NCBI GenBank assembly: GCA_905178155.1 | Contig: CAJINV010000002.1 | Span: 634,422 to 698,421, forward strand | Source of the DNA: Amoebophrya sp. A120 | Lineage: Eukaryota > Protista > Dinoflagellata | Direction: 5' to 3' | Length of the DNA stretch: 64,000 nucleotides | Part shown: positions 11,901 to 23,900 of the stretch, piece by piece | Position numbering within the stretch: position 1 is the stretch's first letter | How the letters are laid out: every line of letters begins with the position of its first letter | The notes under the pieces: generated by a model | What the model was told of the DNA's origin: nothing | The model's database searches: none | Seen by the model: only the letters and a program-made list of their open reading frames with translations | Position numbers and translations under genes: made by a program

Positions 11901-14900
11901 ACGTTATGCATTGCAAATATCGACGATCTCGGTCTGGAAGGGTGCAGAAGTTTGGCATGCAGGTTTTGGACGATGACCTCCCTGAAGATCTGGAAAAATA
12001 GCAAGGGGCTTAGCATCACAAGTTTATTTGCAAGGGCTTTTTGGAATGCCTATCCCTATCCCTATTCTGCATGAGAAATCGCGTCTCTTCAAGTTAGCCG
12101 AATAAATGTTGGGACAGCCTTTCATGCTACTCGTGCACGACAGATTTTCGTGCAACTGAAAGCGAGCATCACAAGTTTGCATCCTTCCAGACCGCCGGCA
12201 TATCAACTGTAAAAATGTCTGGGTCTGGAAGAATTCATGTTTGTCATGCTTGTCTGGCATGACTCTTAAATCTGTCATGCACGTTACTCAAGAACTCCGT
12301 TTTTCTGTGATGCAGAAGCGCAGTTTGTCATGCAGAATAGGCAACACCTAGGAGCTCAGAAACTTGTCATGCTGAGCCAGCATCTGTAGCCTCATCATGA
12401 GACGCCACCCAGCATCACAAGTTTCCAGACCCAGACATTTTTGCTTTTGATACGGCACATAATTTTTGCAAGGCATACGTCCTGATCATGACCATTGTCG
12501 GGATGCATTAGGTCTTTCATGTCATCTTTTGACAAGCCGTCTGTTGGGATATGCAATGCAAAAAGTATCGCACTTGTAGTAATTTTTATCGCTGTTATAT
12601 GCATTACAAATCTACTCCATCCAAAGATAAAACTAAAACAGCATAACAAATCCTATTTCTAATGCTGAGAAAATTTGTAATGCAATCCATACTAGTACGA
12701 TGCTTTTGCAATGCATATCCGAAAGCATCACGGAATTCTTGCTTCCCGAGGACGTTTATCCTGAGTAAAAACATCCCCACCCCAGAGTCAAAATGGGGAT
12801 CTCGCAACACAGCAGGTCGAGAAGTTTTGAGAGTCACGCATGACAAGTTCCTCTCTGTACTGTAGTGAAGTTCAGTAAGTGCAGCCGCATCAGAAAGCCA
12901 TCTACTCATCTTCCGGTTTACAGCATTACAAAGTCCAAAACGCGATTGGGAATGCTTCTCATGGGGATGCGCATTACAAATCTTCCTGTGATTGCAAAGC
13001 TGCATAACAGCTATGGTGTGGGGACGTTTTTACTCAGGATAACGTTTCCCAGACCCTCCTCAGCCTGGTGGTGTCCACCCGAGATTATCCTTTGTAAAAA
13101 CGTCCTCACCACGTCCCAAGATTTGTCATGCAAAATGGCATGCCTACAATGTTTGTCATGCGCAAGAACCTCGACATGAGGAGCATCCTCTGCAGATGCT
13201 ATGTGGCAAGAAGGTGGACTCGTCATGCTCTAATCCGGATGAGGTGATGAATTTGTGATGTCTCTTTACAATTACATGATAAACACGGTCGAGTACTTGA
13301 GTAGTTTTACACTGAAAGCACAAGGAGATTGTCATGCGCAAGAAGCCAAACTACCTTGTTGATTTGTGCAGCGAAAAAACAAAACATCTTGACTCTAGGG
13401 TGCAGCTGGGGACGCAGTTTTTACCCAGGATAGAGATGGCTTTGAACACATCCCGTGGTAGGCCGTTTTCTTGCCACTCTCTCTCTCCGATTCTGTATCC
13501 TGGGTAAAAACGTCCCCACCCCAGAGTTGTCATGCAGATTTGCCATCACAGGAACATTTGTGATGCGCAACCCCATCACAGGCATTTTCAATCGTGTTTG
13601 AGAACTTGTAATGCTGTAAACAGGATCAGCAGATCGATTTGTGATGCGGCTTTCCTTGCTAACTTGCACTACCTTACGCCGGACTGAAACTTGTCATGCG
13701 TGACTCCCAAAACTCCTAGGTTTGTGTTGCAAAATCCCCATCTTGACTCTGGTGTGGGGACGTTTTTAATCAGGATATTTTGCCGTCGCCATCTTCGTCC
13801 ATAGTGTTTAGGTCGCCCAAGGTGATTTTGTCGTCGCTTCCAAACTCTCGCGCCAGATATGCATTACAAATTTATTCCCGTACATGATGTTGTACAAAAT
13901 GCGTCACAAATTTCAACTTGTCATGCTGAAGAGGTTCTTTGAACGGAAAAGTTTGTCATGCGGAAGCCACATTTGTTCGACGTCGTGTAGTACGCGAAAT
14001 TTCTTGTGGATCATATCAGATGCCCAAGCGCAACCTCATCCCTGTTCAGACCAGGTTCGCCATCTAGATTCCCTTCTGCAATGTCTACACCAGTCATGAA
14101 CGCAGGCGAGCCGGCGTGTCCCTTTCGGAAGTCGGCCTGTTTGTTTTTTGTAGTTATAGCATTTTTGCATTATGCTGCATGCAAAGAAGTCTACAAGAAG
14201 AGATCTATCGTCCATGGTTCAGAAGTTGTGCACCAGCGGCCAACAAGTTGTCCTCCTCGTGGCGAAGATGCATCAATGAAGTAGCCCTAAGTATCTGCAC
14301 GTGCTCTACAGAGGTCGTAGGAGGTACTTTTTACTTTTGTATCAGGAGAACGAGATGTAATGTTGATGTCGAGATTGATGATGAAGATGATTCTGAAAAA
14401 GAATAAGTAAATACGATATCGTGAAAGTCGTCCGAGTCTCCGCCACCTGCTTTCCACTCGTCCAGGCTAAGCTTTCCGTTGCCATCAAGGGGAAAATATC
14501 GATCTGGGTCATCTGGAAGAGAGCAGACACTTCTGGTCGTGGGGTTTTTATTGCATCTCCAAGAGGCGGATCTTCGTCTTCCTCATGGGAAATGCCAATG
14601 CCTTGGTCGCCTGGGCACAAAAAAAAACACACATTTTTTACTAGTGGATTTTCTCAATAAAGGATTATTTGGCCTAAGTGATTCCTAAGTGTAGTCCCAC
14701 CGTGTTTAGCTTCAAAACCCGCTTGATATCTGGATTTTGTTCTGATTATTTTGGATTGCCCTACGTAGACCGGTGGCAATTTGATGCGTTCTGCGTATTT
14801 CCGTCGGTCCTCTTTCCAGCATTCCAACCAATTTAGACAAAGCCCAACACGAACGAATTTTACGGCAACGACTTGGTGCAAAATCTCGCCTACGAATCAG

Positions 14901-17900
14901 CGACATAGAGAGGTGAAGAACGAAAAAGGGCGACACGCGATCTGATTTTTTGCACGATGTTTGCACTAGAGACAGCTGCACTTTTATCCCGCCCAGCGAG
15001 GCGGCGAAGACGCGACGCACTGTCTGAGAGGATATCGACAGACCCCTCTTGATCAGCCCAAGCAAGAAGGGGCAACGAGTCAACATTTCTGATCCGACGA
15101 CGCAGACGCCACTGTGCACAACAGATCCGCAATTTATCTCATAAAACCGGTCCGAGATCTTCGCTGTTTTTTTGAGTTTTGTGCTATCTAGTTCTAGACG
15201 TGGATCTTGCGCGATTTGGGAAAGTCGCAAGCACGTCGCCGCGGAAGCTTTTGACTCGTGCCCTGCGTCATTATTTTTGGATTGGCGTCCTGCTGTTCAT
15301 AGCTCCATGTGGTCAGATTAAATGAGTCAGTTTTTTAGTGGGGGAATGTCGATCAGATCAATTTGCGCGGCCTTTCAGGCGGACGCTATCGCTTCGCAGA
15401 TGGAATAGGGGCCTCTGACTCTTGGGCAGCGATTTTCGTGATCGAGTGGAGGCATTGCCTCGGAATTCAGAAAATAAAGCATCTCGCTTGCAGATCTTTC
15501 TAGGTCAGTGCTTTCTCGCTGTCCATCGACACTTCTTGCTATCCATCGCAACATAATCTTTCGAGAAGATCTTAGATCTTGCTATGCGTCGAATATCTCT
15601 TTTCTTGTTTTTCCTAGATCCTCCTATCCATCGAGAACGACCCAAGCTGCCACGGGCAGCACTCGAGTCCTGAATGCCACGGCATCATCGAAACACCCCG
15701 GATCCAAGATCCAACGCCCCTTCAGAGACTGCGCCATACTCATTGAAAACCACTTTCTTAGCAGGCGAACCGGCAGGACGCCCTTCGTGAGCGGATTTTC
15801 ATTTTCTGAAAATTTATTTGGGTAGAGCCGAAGCCGAGTCTAGGAGCCGACTCATCGACCACGAGAAGGCTTACTTTCCAGTGTTAACGACCTAGCGAGG
15901 TCAGCGATCTACTTATTGCAGCGTCTTCACCTACCTCTTCAGACCCGCGGTCAAGTGCTTCCAGCATCGGCTGAATTCGCAGAGGTAGCTCGTGTAGAGA
16001 ATTTTGTCCCGTAGATCGTTGCCTGTCCAGTTTTCACCACGGCGAACGTCGAAAACTTTGCGGCAGTTTGGCGCTGCTTCGGGGTTTTTCGTCATCCGGG
16101 TCCGCATTCGCACGAAGAACTCCAGGGCGTTATCTGAAAAAAATTGCAGGTCGCACTTTTTCTTTGTTGCCGTCGTCGCGACGTTTGGGTAGTCCGGACG
16201 GAAGCAAAGATTGAGGGTGCGACGTGGGCCACCACCAAACACCAGCGTCGATTTCGATGCAACGCGCAGGCACCCCGGCAAACGCTCCGCTTCCGGGTCG
16301 CGGTCCAAGTCGTATGAACCCTGCATCCAGAGAATGAACTTGGAGGCCGTCCAGACACCGCAACAATCCACCGCCTCCTTGACCAGGTCGTTTTTTTCGA
16401 CTTTTTCGCCGTTTCGCCCGCGCTTCTTGAACCGCGCAGCCTTGTCGTCTAGCTGGCTCCACAGCTCTGTCTCCGCGGCTGCGACATACTTCTCCGATTC
16501 CTTACTCCGCCAATACTGGTCTTTCTTCCAGTAGCGGCCCGCGTTTTCCGGCACCCGCATCAATGCCTTCGCTGCAGTTTCAAACTGCGACGCCGAGATG
16601 TGCCCGGTTCCTGGGAACCACTCCTCGAGGTCGGAGATAAAATTCACGCTCATCTCCCAGCAGCACACCAAAGTGGTCCTGACCCGATCCTGCCAAGCGG
16701 TTCGAGAACTCTTCACCGTGCGATTAATGAGCTGCAGCCGCCGGACCGCCACAGAGTCTGAATTTTCCGCCCTGCCTTTCGTTGCGCACCAACTGTCAAC
16801 CGCCTCACCTGTAATTGTCACTTCATCACGAATGACGTCGCCATCCAACCGCGGGTCATCACTCGTTTCCCAACACCCGAGCTTGCGGTAGACCGGGACG
16901 ATGATCGTCTCGCCAGCAGGCGGAGAAAGCGTGGCGGCTTCTGGGTCTTTTTCTAGGCGAAGCAAAAAGTTGCACCACCTCTCCTCGACGAAGAAAAATA
17001 GAGGCCAGAAGTGGTCCGCCTCTGGTGCGAATAAAACATCGCGGGGTGTGCCTGTGCCGGCCATGACGGAAGTCGGCTAAGGCAGAGGTCACTCATAGCA
17101 CTAGCTCACGCCAAGGCAGAAGTCAGGTAGCGTGACAGCCTCGAAAGTAGCCTCTTGGGAGAGCAACGATGGATGGAAACGAGCGGCGGAGTCATATTGT
17201 TCACTATCAATACCAATTTTTTGAACTACGAACCTGCCTTCAACACTGCAGCGCATGGATGTTGCGCGTTTCCAGCCGCCACCCCACTAGTAGCCGCGCG
17301 TTTACTGTAGCACGAGCCAAAAAGTCACGCGGTGGTGTAGTGTTTTGCCGGTTAGTTCGTATCTGTCTCGTGCAGTATCTCTATCTTGTTCTTTCTTTGG
17401 ATCTCGTGGCATCATTGCAAGGTGACGAAGAGAAAAGAACGAAAACTAACGCACGAGAAAACACAAAGGCCAGAACCAGCGCACTCTCTGGCCAGGATTC
17501 ACTGCGATCCAGAAAGAGGTGGCCAGAAGGAGCAACCTTTTGTTACGAACACGCAGCCCGTCGGTCGGTGGTAAGGTTACTTACAAAGGCTTTTCTAGAA
17601 AGAAGGCGCCAGGGCTGCCTCCGGCGTTTTGTTTTCATCGTAAACTTTTCCGTCATGTGTATGCTTGTGTCTATGCCCCGGTGAGTTGATTCGTTCATAT
17701 CATGTGGACCCATTTATTTCTCGTTTTTTCTTTTTTGCTTTTGTTCTTACGCAGGACTTGTTTTTTTTTTGCCCTGCTATCTTTCCTCATAAATTTTTTA
17801 TATCTTCAACATAGGAATAAATATAAATATATCATTTACTGATGCTTTACTTCTTCCCCCGAGGCCTCGGGTTCTGCTTCGGGTTTTTCAGACAGGACGA

Positions 17901-20900
17901 CTGCTGCCTGCGAGAGTGCGACGTCGATCCCTAGGTCTGTACGATCGACCTCATCAATTAATTTTAGGCTTTTATCACTTCTACGACCTTCTTTTTCAAA
18001 TTCAATTGATTCTCCTGCTATTCATCGTATTAAAATAGTTTGGAAGTAGCGTTTGCACCTCAATCCAGCTTGACAACTACACGCCCCGCGTCACATTTCC
18101 AAACTCCGTCCGCCGACAACGCGAGGCGCCACGGCGCGGCGCCCACCGGCGCGAGGGAGGGGACGGGGAAAACAGAAACGGGCGCCCGCTGGCGCAGTCC
18201 CAGCGAGCGTGGGGGCGCCCTCCCTTTAGCAGGTTCGGGCGCGTGAGTTTCTGCCGGGAGGGACAGACAGGGCCGTGACTGGGTTCTGGGCTGCTAGACC
18301 CGGAGATGGGCGGCCCGAGCGGCAAAGCGCGCGCGAGGGGTGCGCACAGTCTTCGCAGGGCCGGATAAACCTCGTCCTCAAGGCGACCGCGACAGTGGCG
18401 CATTTCCAAGCGGTACGCCATCAGACGCCCCGCCCGACAGCTGCCCCAGCCATCTGCGAGTTCCGGTATGCTGGCGCTGCCGCCCTGGCGCTGTTGTTGC
18501 TGCATTGGCTTTTCGCAGCCAGGGTTCGCACGCCGCAGCTACCCTGCTGCGCGCACCTTTTGCAGCCAAAACAGGGTCTAATGCTGAAAACGTCAGCTCG
18601 GAAGGCTCGCGAGCTATCGAAACGGCAAACCGCTCGCGTTTTCCAGCTTTCCACGCAGAACGAGGGCCCTGCCAGTGCTTGGAGCGCAAGAAGTTTCAGG
18701 AGCGCAACACAACTTCCGCACGAGTAGAGAAAATTATATTTTTGAATTACAACGAAAAAGATCACCAGGAGCAAACCTCCTCCTCCTCCTAGTAACCACG
18801 CAAGAAATATTAATATTTTTCACTTTCTATTTTTTCTTTCATAAGTTGTAGACGAGCAGTCTATGGCTCCGGGGAGATGAAAACTCACGCTTAACTAACC
18901 TATGCCTTCAGTGTCCGCGATCCAGATAGAATTATTTTCTACTTCAATATATACTTGCAATTTTTTTTTTACTGTTCCTGTCGACGCCATCGCAAAGCTT
19001 TGCGCTTTTTTTAATTTTTCCTATCGTGCCAGCAATCTATTTTTTATTTATTATTTCTTCATCTACAAAGTCATGCTGTCGCCAAAGTTTGCTCTAGTTT
19101 CCAGTCTTCTCATGTCTGTATCGTAAATCTATCCGCTCGCAAATCAAGACTGAAATACTCGCTTTCGATCAAGATGGCGAGTATGCTGCATGGAGATGGA
19201 ATAGATACATCGCATGGTCGATCCATGAAGAACAACTCGATCCATGGTTATAGACTCGATCAATGGAGAGGAACTCAGTGGTCGCGCGGAAAAATAGAAG
19301 TAAGCGCTGAAAGAAGTCAGCTACTTTTTCCTACTTACAGAGACGATAGTAAATTGATGAGAAGTTATTCATAAACTAATCATATTATCGACGATTGCAT
19401 CTAGTTTATGATCAAATCATTATCAAATAACTTCAATGCTCATGATCATCGCGCTTTACTTCCTCTTTCCGGCGTGCTTCATCTTCATCTTCGTTGCACC
19501 TCCTTGATCTTGTTCCCCCTGCCCTTCATCGGCAGCTGGGTCCTCCTCCACCTTGACCTTGAGCGGATTCTTGTTCTTGGTGTTTTCTTTCCGCACCGGC
19601 GACTTATTTTTGTTTTTCTTCCCGGACGCGGACCCTGCAGCGGTTGGCTCCTCCGGGGCCTGCGCGACCGGAATCTGCTCCTCCTGCTGCTCCACCGCGA
19701 TATTCTTGCTGCTCTTGCGGTTCGGTTTCTTCAGCGGGGTCATCAGCTGAGCGTTGGCGGTGACGCTTTGTTTGTTCACCCGCTTGTTGTTCCGCTTGTT
19801 GTTCCCGTCCGCACCAGCAGCCTGGAACTGGATGTTGTCCTCCATCACAATGTCCTCCTGCATTACCAGGTTGGCCGGGTCGCGGGCATCTTTCGCATCG
19901 ACGTTTTTGCTATTCTTGCTCCTCATCGCTTTCATTTTCGGAAACTTCGGCTCCGCCGGCAGTCCGGCCCCTTCGGAAACATCCAACTCGTACCCAGCCA
20001 GGCCGTAGGCGCTGAGCTCCTGGTCGGTGTTGGTGGTGGTAGTGGTGGTAGTGGTTGTGGGGACGCCGAAGCTGCGGATGAGCAGCCTGGCCTCCGCCGC
20101 CCTCGACGGAGAGATGATGCCCATCCGCTGCACTAATTCGTCGATGTCGTCCTCCGGCTTCCGGACTGGACTGGATTGCTTCTTTTTGTTTTTGGTCGTG
20201 GCGCTCGGGGTCTGGTCGTCCAAAATCGGGTTGTCATCGATGTCCGGCCCCTCCGAGCCGAGGAAATTCAGCTCCGCGGGTTCTGCGCTTCCCTTCTTCT
20301 TTCGGCGACCCCGCAGGGCGAGGAGCTGTTTCCCCACAGCGGTGGTGTTGTCGAACTCCTGCCAGTATGAACTGCAAAAGTAGCGCACTAGTATAAATTG
20401 CATTACAAATCGGCTCAGCATTACAAATTAAATGTGTAATGCTGATTTCTCTTAAGACCTAGATTTGGAATGCATAGCCGCAATTAGTACGAGTGCGATA
20501 CTTTTGCACAGGATACCCAGTGCGGGAATTCTGGGATTATGTCGGAGAAATCCCGCTCCGTCGCGGTGATTTTCACCCTGATTTCCTCCGCTTTTTTGTA
20601 GTTACCTGTTTAGATTCACAAATTAATTGAAAACTTGCAGCCCATGTAGGAGAACTCACACTGAGACTCAAAAGTTGAAAACTTGAGTTTAGATTCAAAA
20701 ATCTAAAGTTGAAAACCCTACAAGTTCAAGCACAAGCACCGAGTTCAAGCGCAAGCGCCTACAAGTACCTACAAGCTCAAGTACCTACAAGCTCAAGCAC
20801 CAGTGCGAGCGCATTACAATTCCCAAGTGCAAGTGCGTACAACTTCCAGCACAAATGAAACCCTACAAGGGTACAAGATCAAGTACCTTGTTCCCCCAGC

Positions 20901-23900
20901 TCAACAATTTTCGCGATGTCCGGCTGCTGGATATCCTTCAGATGCTTCGAAAAACCCAGCACGAAGTCCTTCCATCCACCGTTTTTGCTCTTCGCATTGA
21001 AGGCGGCGACCGCTTTGTACACCTCCTGCCGGTCTTCCGCATATTCGGCCAAACTGGTGCGACTCTTCACCGCACCGACGCACTGCGCCAGTACGTGAAC
21101 CCACGGGTCGTACTTCGAGTCCTTGGGCTTGCCCTGCTCGGTCCACAACAAACCGAGCGGGGGGCAGAATTCCTCGTTCGTCCGCAGCTGTTTCAGCAAC
21201 AGCTGGTGCTCCGATTTCTTCGCCGCGCTAACCGCCCCCGGCATCAGCTGTTCTATGCACGACAAGAACTGCTGATGCCGGGAGAGGAAGCGGGCGGGCA
21301 AGAAATAACCGTCCTTGCTCAACATACATTCGTGAAAACCCGTCATACCATCCAGGATGGGTCGAAAGTCCTCCAGACCGTCAAGCAACAGGCTGACGTC
21401 ATCGCCCAGCCTCGACATCCATTCGAACTTCTGCGCCGGCTGGATGATCTGAAGTTTTGGCTTGGGTTTGGAAATAAAAGCACTGGCTCCGGGTGGGCTA
21501 CAACAACTTGCCTCGGTATCGCCGAAACAAAAAAGCCTTCGCTTGCCAACTAAAAACAAGCTTTTTACTGTCCAAGTAGGTGCGGCACTAGAATTAGAAA
21601 AAATAACTTGTACAATTTGCTCCGCTTCCATTCCCGGGAATTCCAGCGCAAAGCACTGGCTCATCACCTGGGCCAGCGTGTACCCGCGACTCGTGATCCG
21701 CCTGCAAATTTCCGGCAAACCCACCAGCTCCGTCTGGTTCCCAGTAGCCAACACTTTCTGGCACAGTGCTTTGTGCTCTGCTTTGATTTTTCGCACAGTG
21801 TCCTCATACCGCTCGTAGGTCTTGGTGGGTCCACGGTCCGCTTCGGCCAACTTCATCAGCAACGCGGCTAACTGTAGGAGAGGGTTGTACTATTTGATTT
21901 ATTTCCGAAACAAACTCCTCATGGTGTTTCTGGAAAAGTATTTGATTGGAAAAGCAACTACCGGCCGTACCGAAGAGCCAAAATTCTAAATCCTACCCGA
22001 GACCATTCCAAAACTAATTCGTAGAAGTACCTCTTCTTTCTTCCCACCGGCCGTCACTTGCGTATTCGTCTGCCCCACGAGCTGCTGCTGCTGCTTATTC
22101 TGCAAAATCGACTGCTTCTGCCCGAGCTGCTGCTTCATCGGCTTCACCGTCGTTGTACTTTTCAGCTTCTTCCCCTTCTCTCCATCATCCTCTTCACCAC
22201 CTTCTGGAGCTTCGTGTCCGCCTTCGAAAAGCTTTTTCGTAAGGTTCTGCGGCGTCACCGCAGCCGCGAGGTTGGACGGCGCTGAATTCGCAGGAGCTTC
22301 GGTGGGGGGCTCGTTGTCCTCCGCGTGCTGTTTTCATAGTTTGCAATTGTTATATCAAAGCTTGGCTATGCGCAACAAGTAGCAGCATGCTTATATTTAT
22401 CGGGGGCGAAAAAAAGGTTTGAAGATATGAAAAAAAACTCATATGACAAACAGCCGAAGAAAGCGAACGATGTGATGATGAGCGAATATTTTTCCCAAAG
22501 CAACAAACTAACCCACCTGCGGCTCGCCCTGCTCTTCCTCCTCGGCCTTCACCCGGTCCATGACCAATTTCCGGATGATCCCCCTCCGCGCTTTTTCTAT
22601 CCCGATCATACCGGGCAAGATGGTCGTGGTTTTTCCCTCTTCCAGCTTCATGCACAGCCGCTGGTAGTACGGCACGTCGAAGACGGACTTATTGGTCAAT
22701 TCGGCGTACGACAATTTCGACATTTGCTCGGAAGTCAGGTCGTACTGCAAGATTTTTTCCTCAGTCAACGGCTTCGCAGTGTACTGCTGGATGTGCGCCC
22801 AGGAGATGTCGGTCCACTGGTAGAAGTTCCCGTCCGAGCCCTGCAAGTACTTATGGACGGGACTGCTGCAGAGGGGATCAAATTGCTCCATATAGAAGCC
22901 TATCAACTTTAAAAATGTCTGGGTCTGGAAGATTCTGACACTTGTCATGCACGTTTTGCATGAGCCATGATGTCTGTGATGCATACCTTAGCAATACAGA
23001 TTTTTTGAGGGCTTCTTGATGCGTATTCCGCATGACAAATGCTTTCTCAGCGTAGCAAAAATTGCACTTCCTTTGGTACTCATGCAAGACAGATTTTTTT
23101 GGAATCCAAATGCAGCATCACGAGTTGCATTCTTCTAGACCCAGACATTTTTACACTTGATAAAGCCACTCACCGCGTCGTTTTCCTGGATGAGCTTGGT
23201 GATGTCCTCCAGGCGAGTGTTCTCGCCTGTTTTCATGTTATGGTAAAAGATGTTGTACAGCGTCTCATCTTCCACTGTGCAGACCAACGGTAAATCGTCC
23301 ACGATGCTGCTACTGCTCTCCACGATGCTGTTCTCACCCGCCTGCTCGCCCTGGCCATCGACCGCATGTTCCTGCTCCTGGTGGGAGGTATGTTCCTCCT
23401 CCTGGTGGGCCGCCGCCGCCGGGCCCTGCTCCTGGTGGGCCGGATTTCCCTCCGCCACATCTTCCCCGCCCGCCTGCTCCTCCTGCTCGGCGCCGGAGAC
23501 CTCCGAACTTTGCTCCAGGGGATAGTCCTCGATCGGCTGGCTGCGCTCCAGGGCGGCCTCCGCGCTCAACAGCTCCTCCGCCATGGTCATCTGCCCAGCA
23601 TCCGTCTGCATGTGCTGATCCGTCTGCACTTCCACTTGGTCATCCGTGGTGGTCGCCGGCTGCGGCTCCTGCTGCTCCTGGCTCTCTTCCGAGTTCATCT
23701 CCGCCTCCGAGTCATCCACCGCATGCAAAGATTCGTCGTTGTTACTATTGGATCCACCAGAAACCGCCGGCGCTTTCTCGGACTCAACATCCTGCTCCTG
23801 ACTTTCAGATTCCGAAGACTCTTCCTCGGATCCGGAAGATTGCTCTTGATTCGACTCCGGATTACTCGCCGCCGCTGCCGCGGGGGGATTGTTCATTTTT

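Noticed and set aside
14606-14612. GTCGC at 14606-14610 as the matching DR or AG acceptor of the giant intron
   Set aside because: It lies inside the left half of the host introner. The junction at 14478-14482 gives a far better EF-hand loop.
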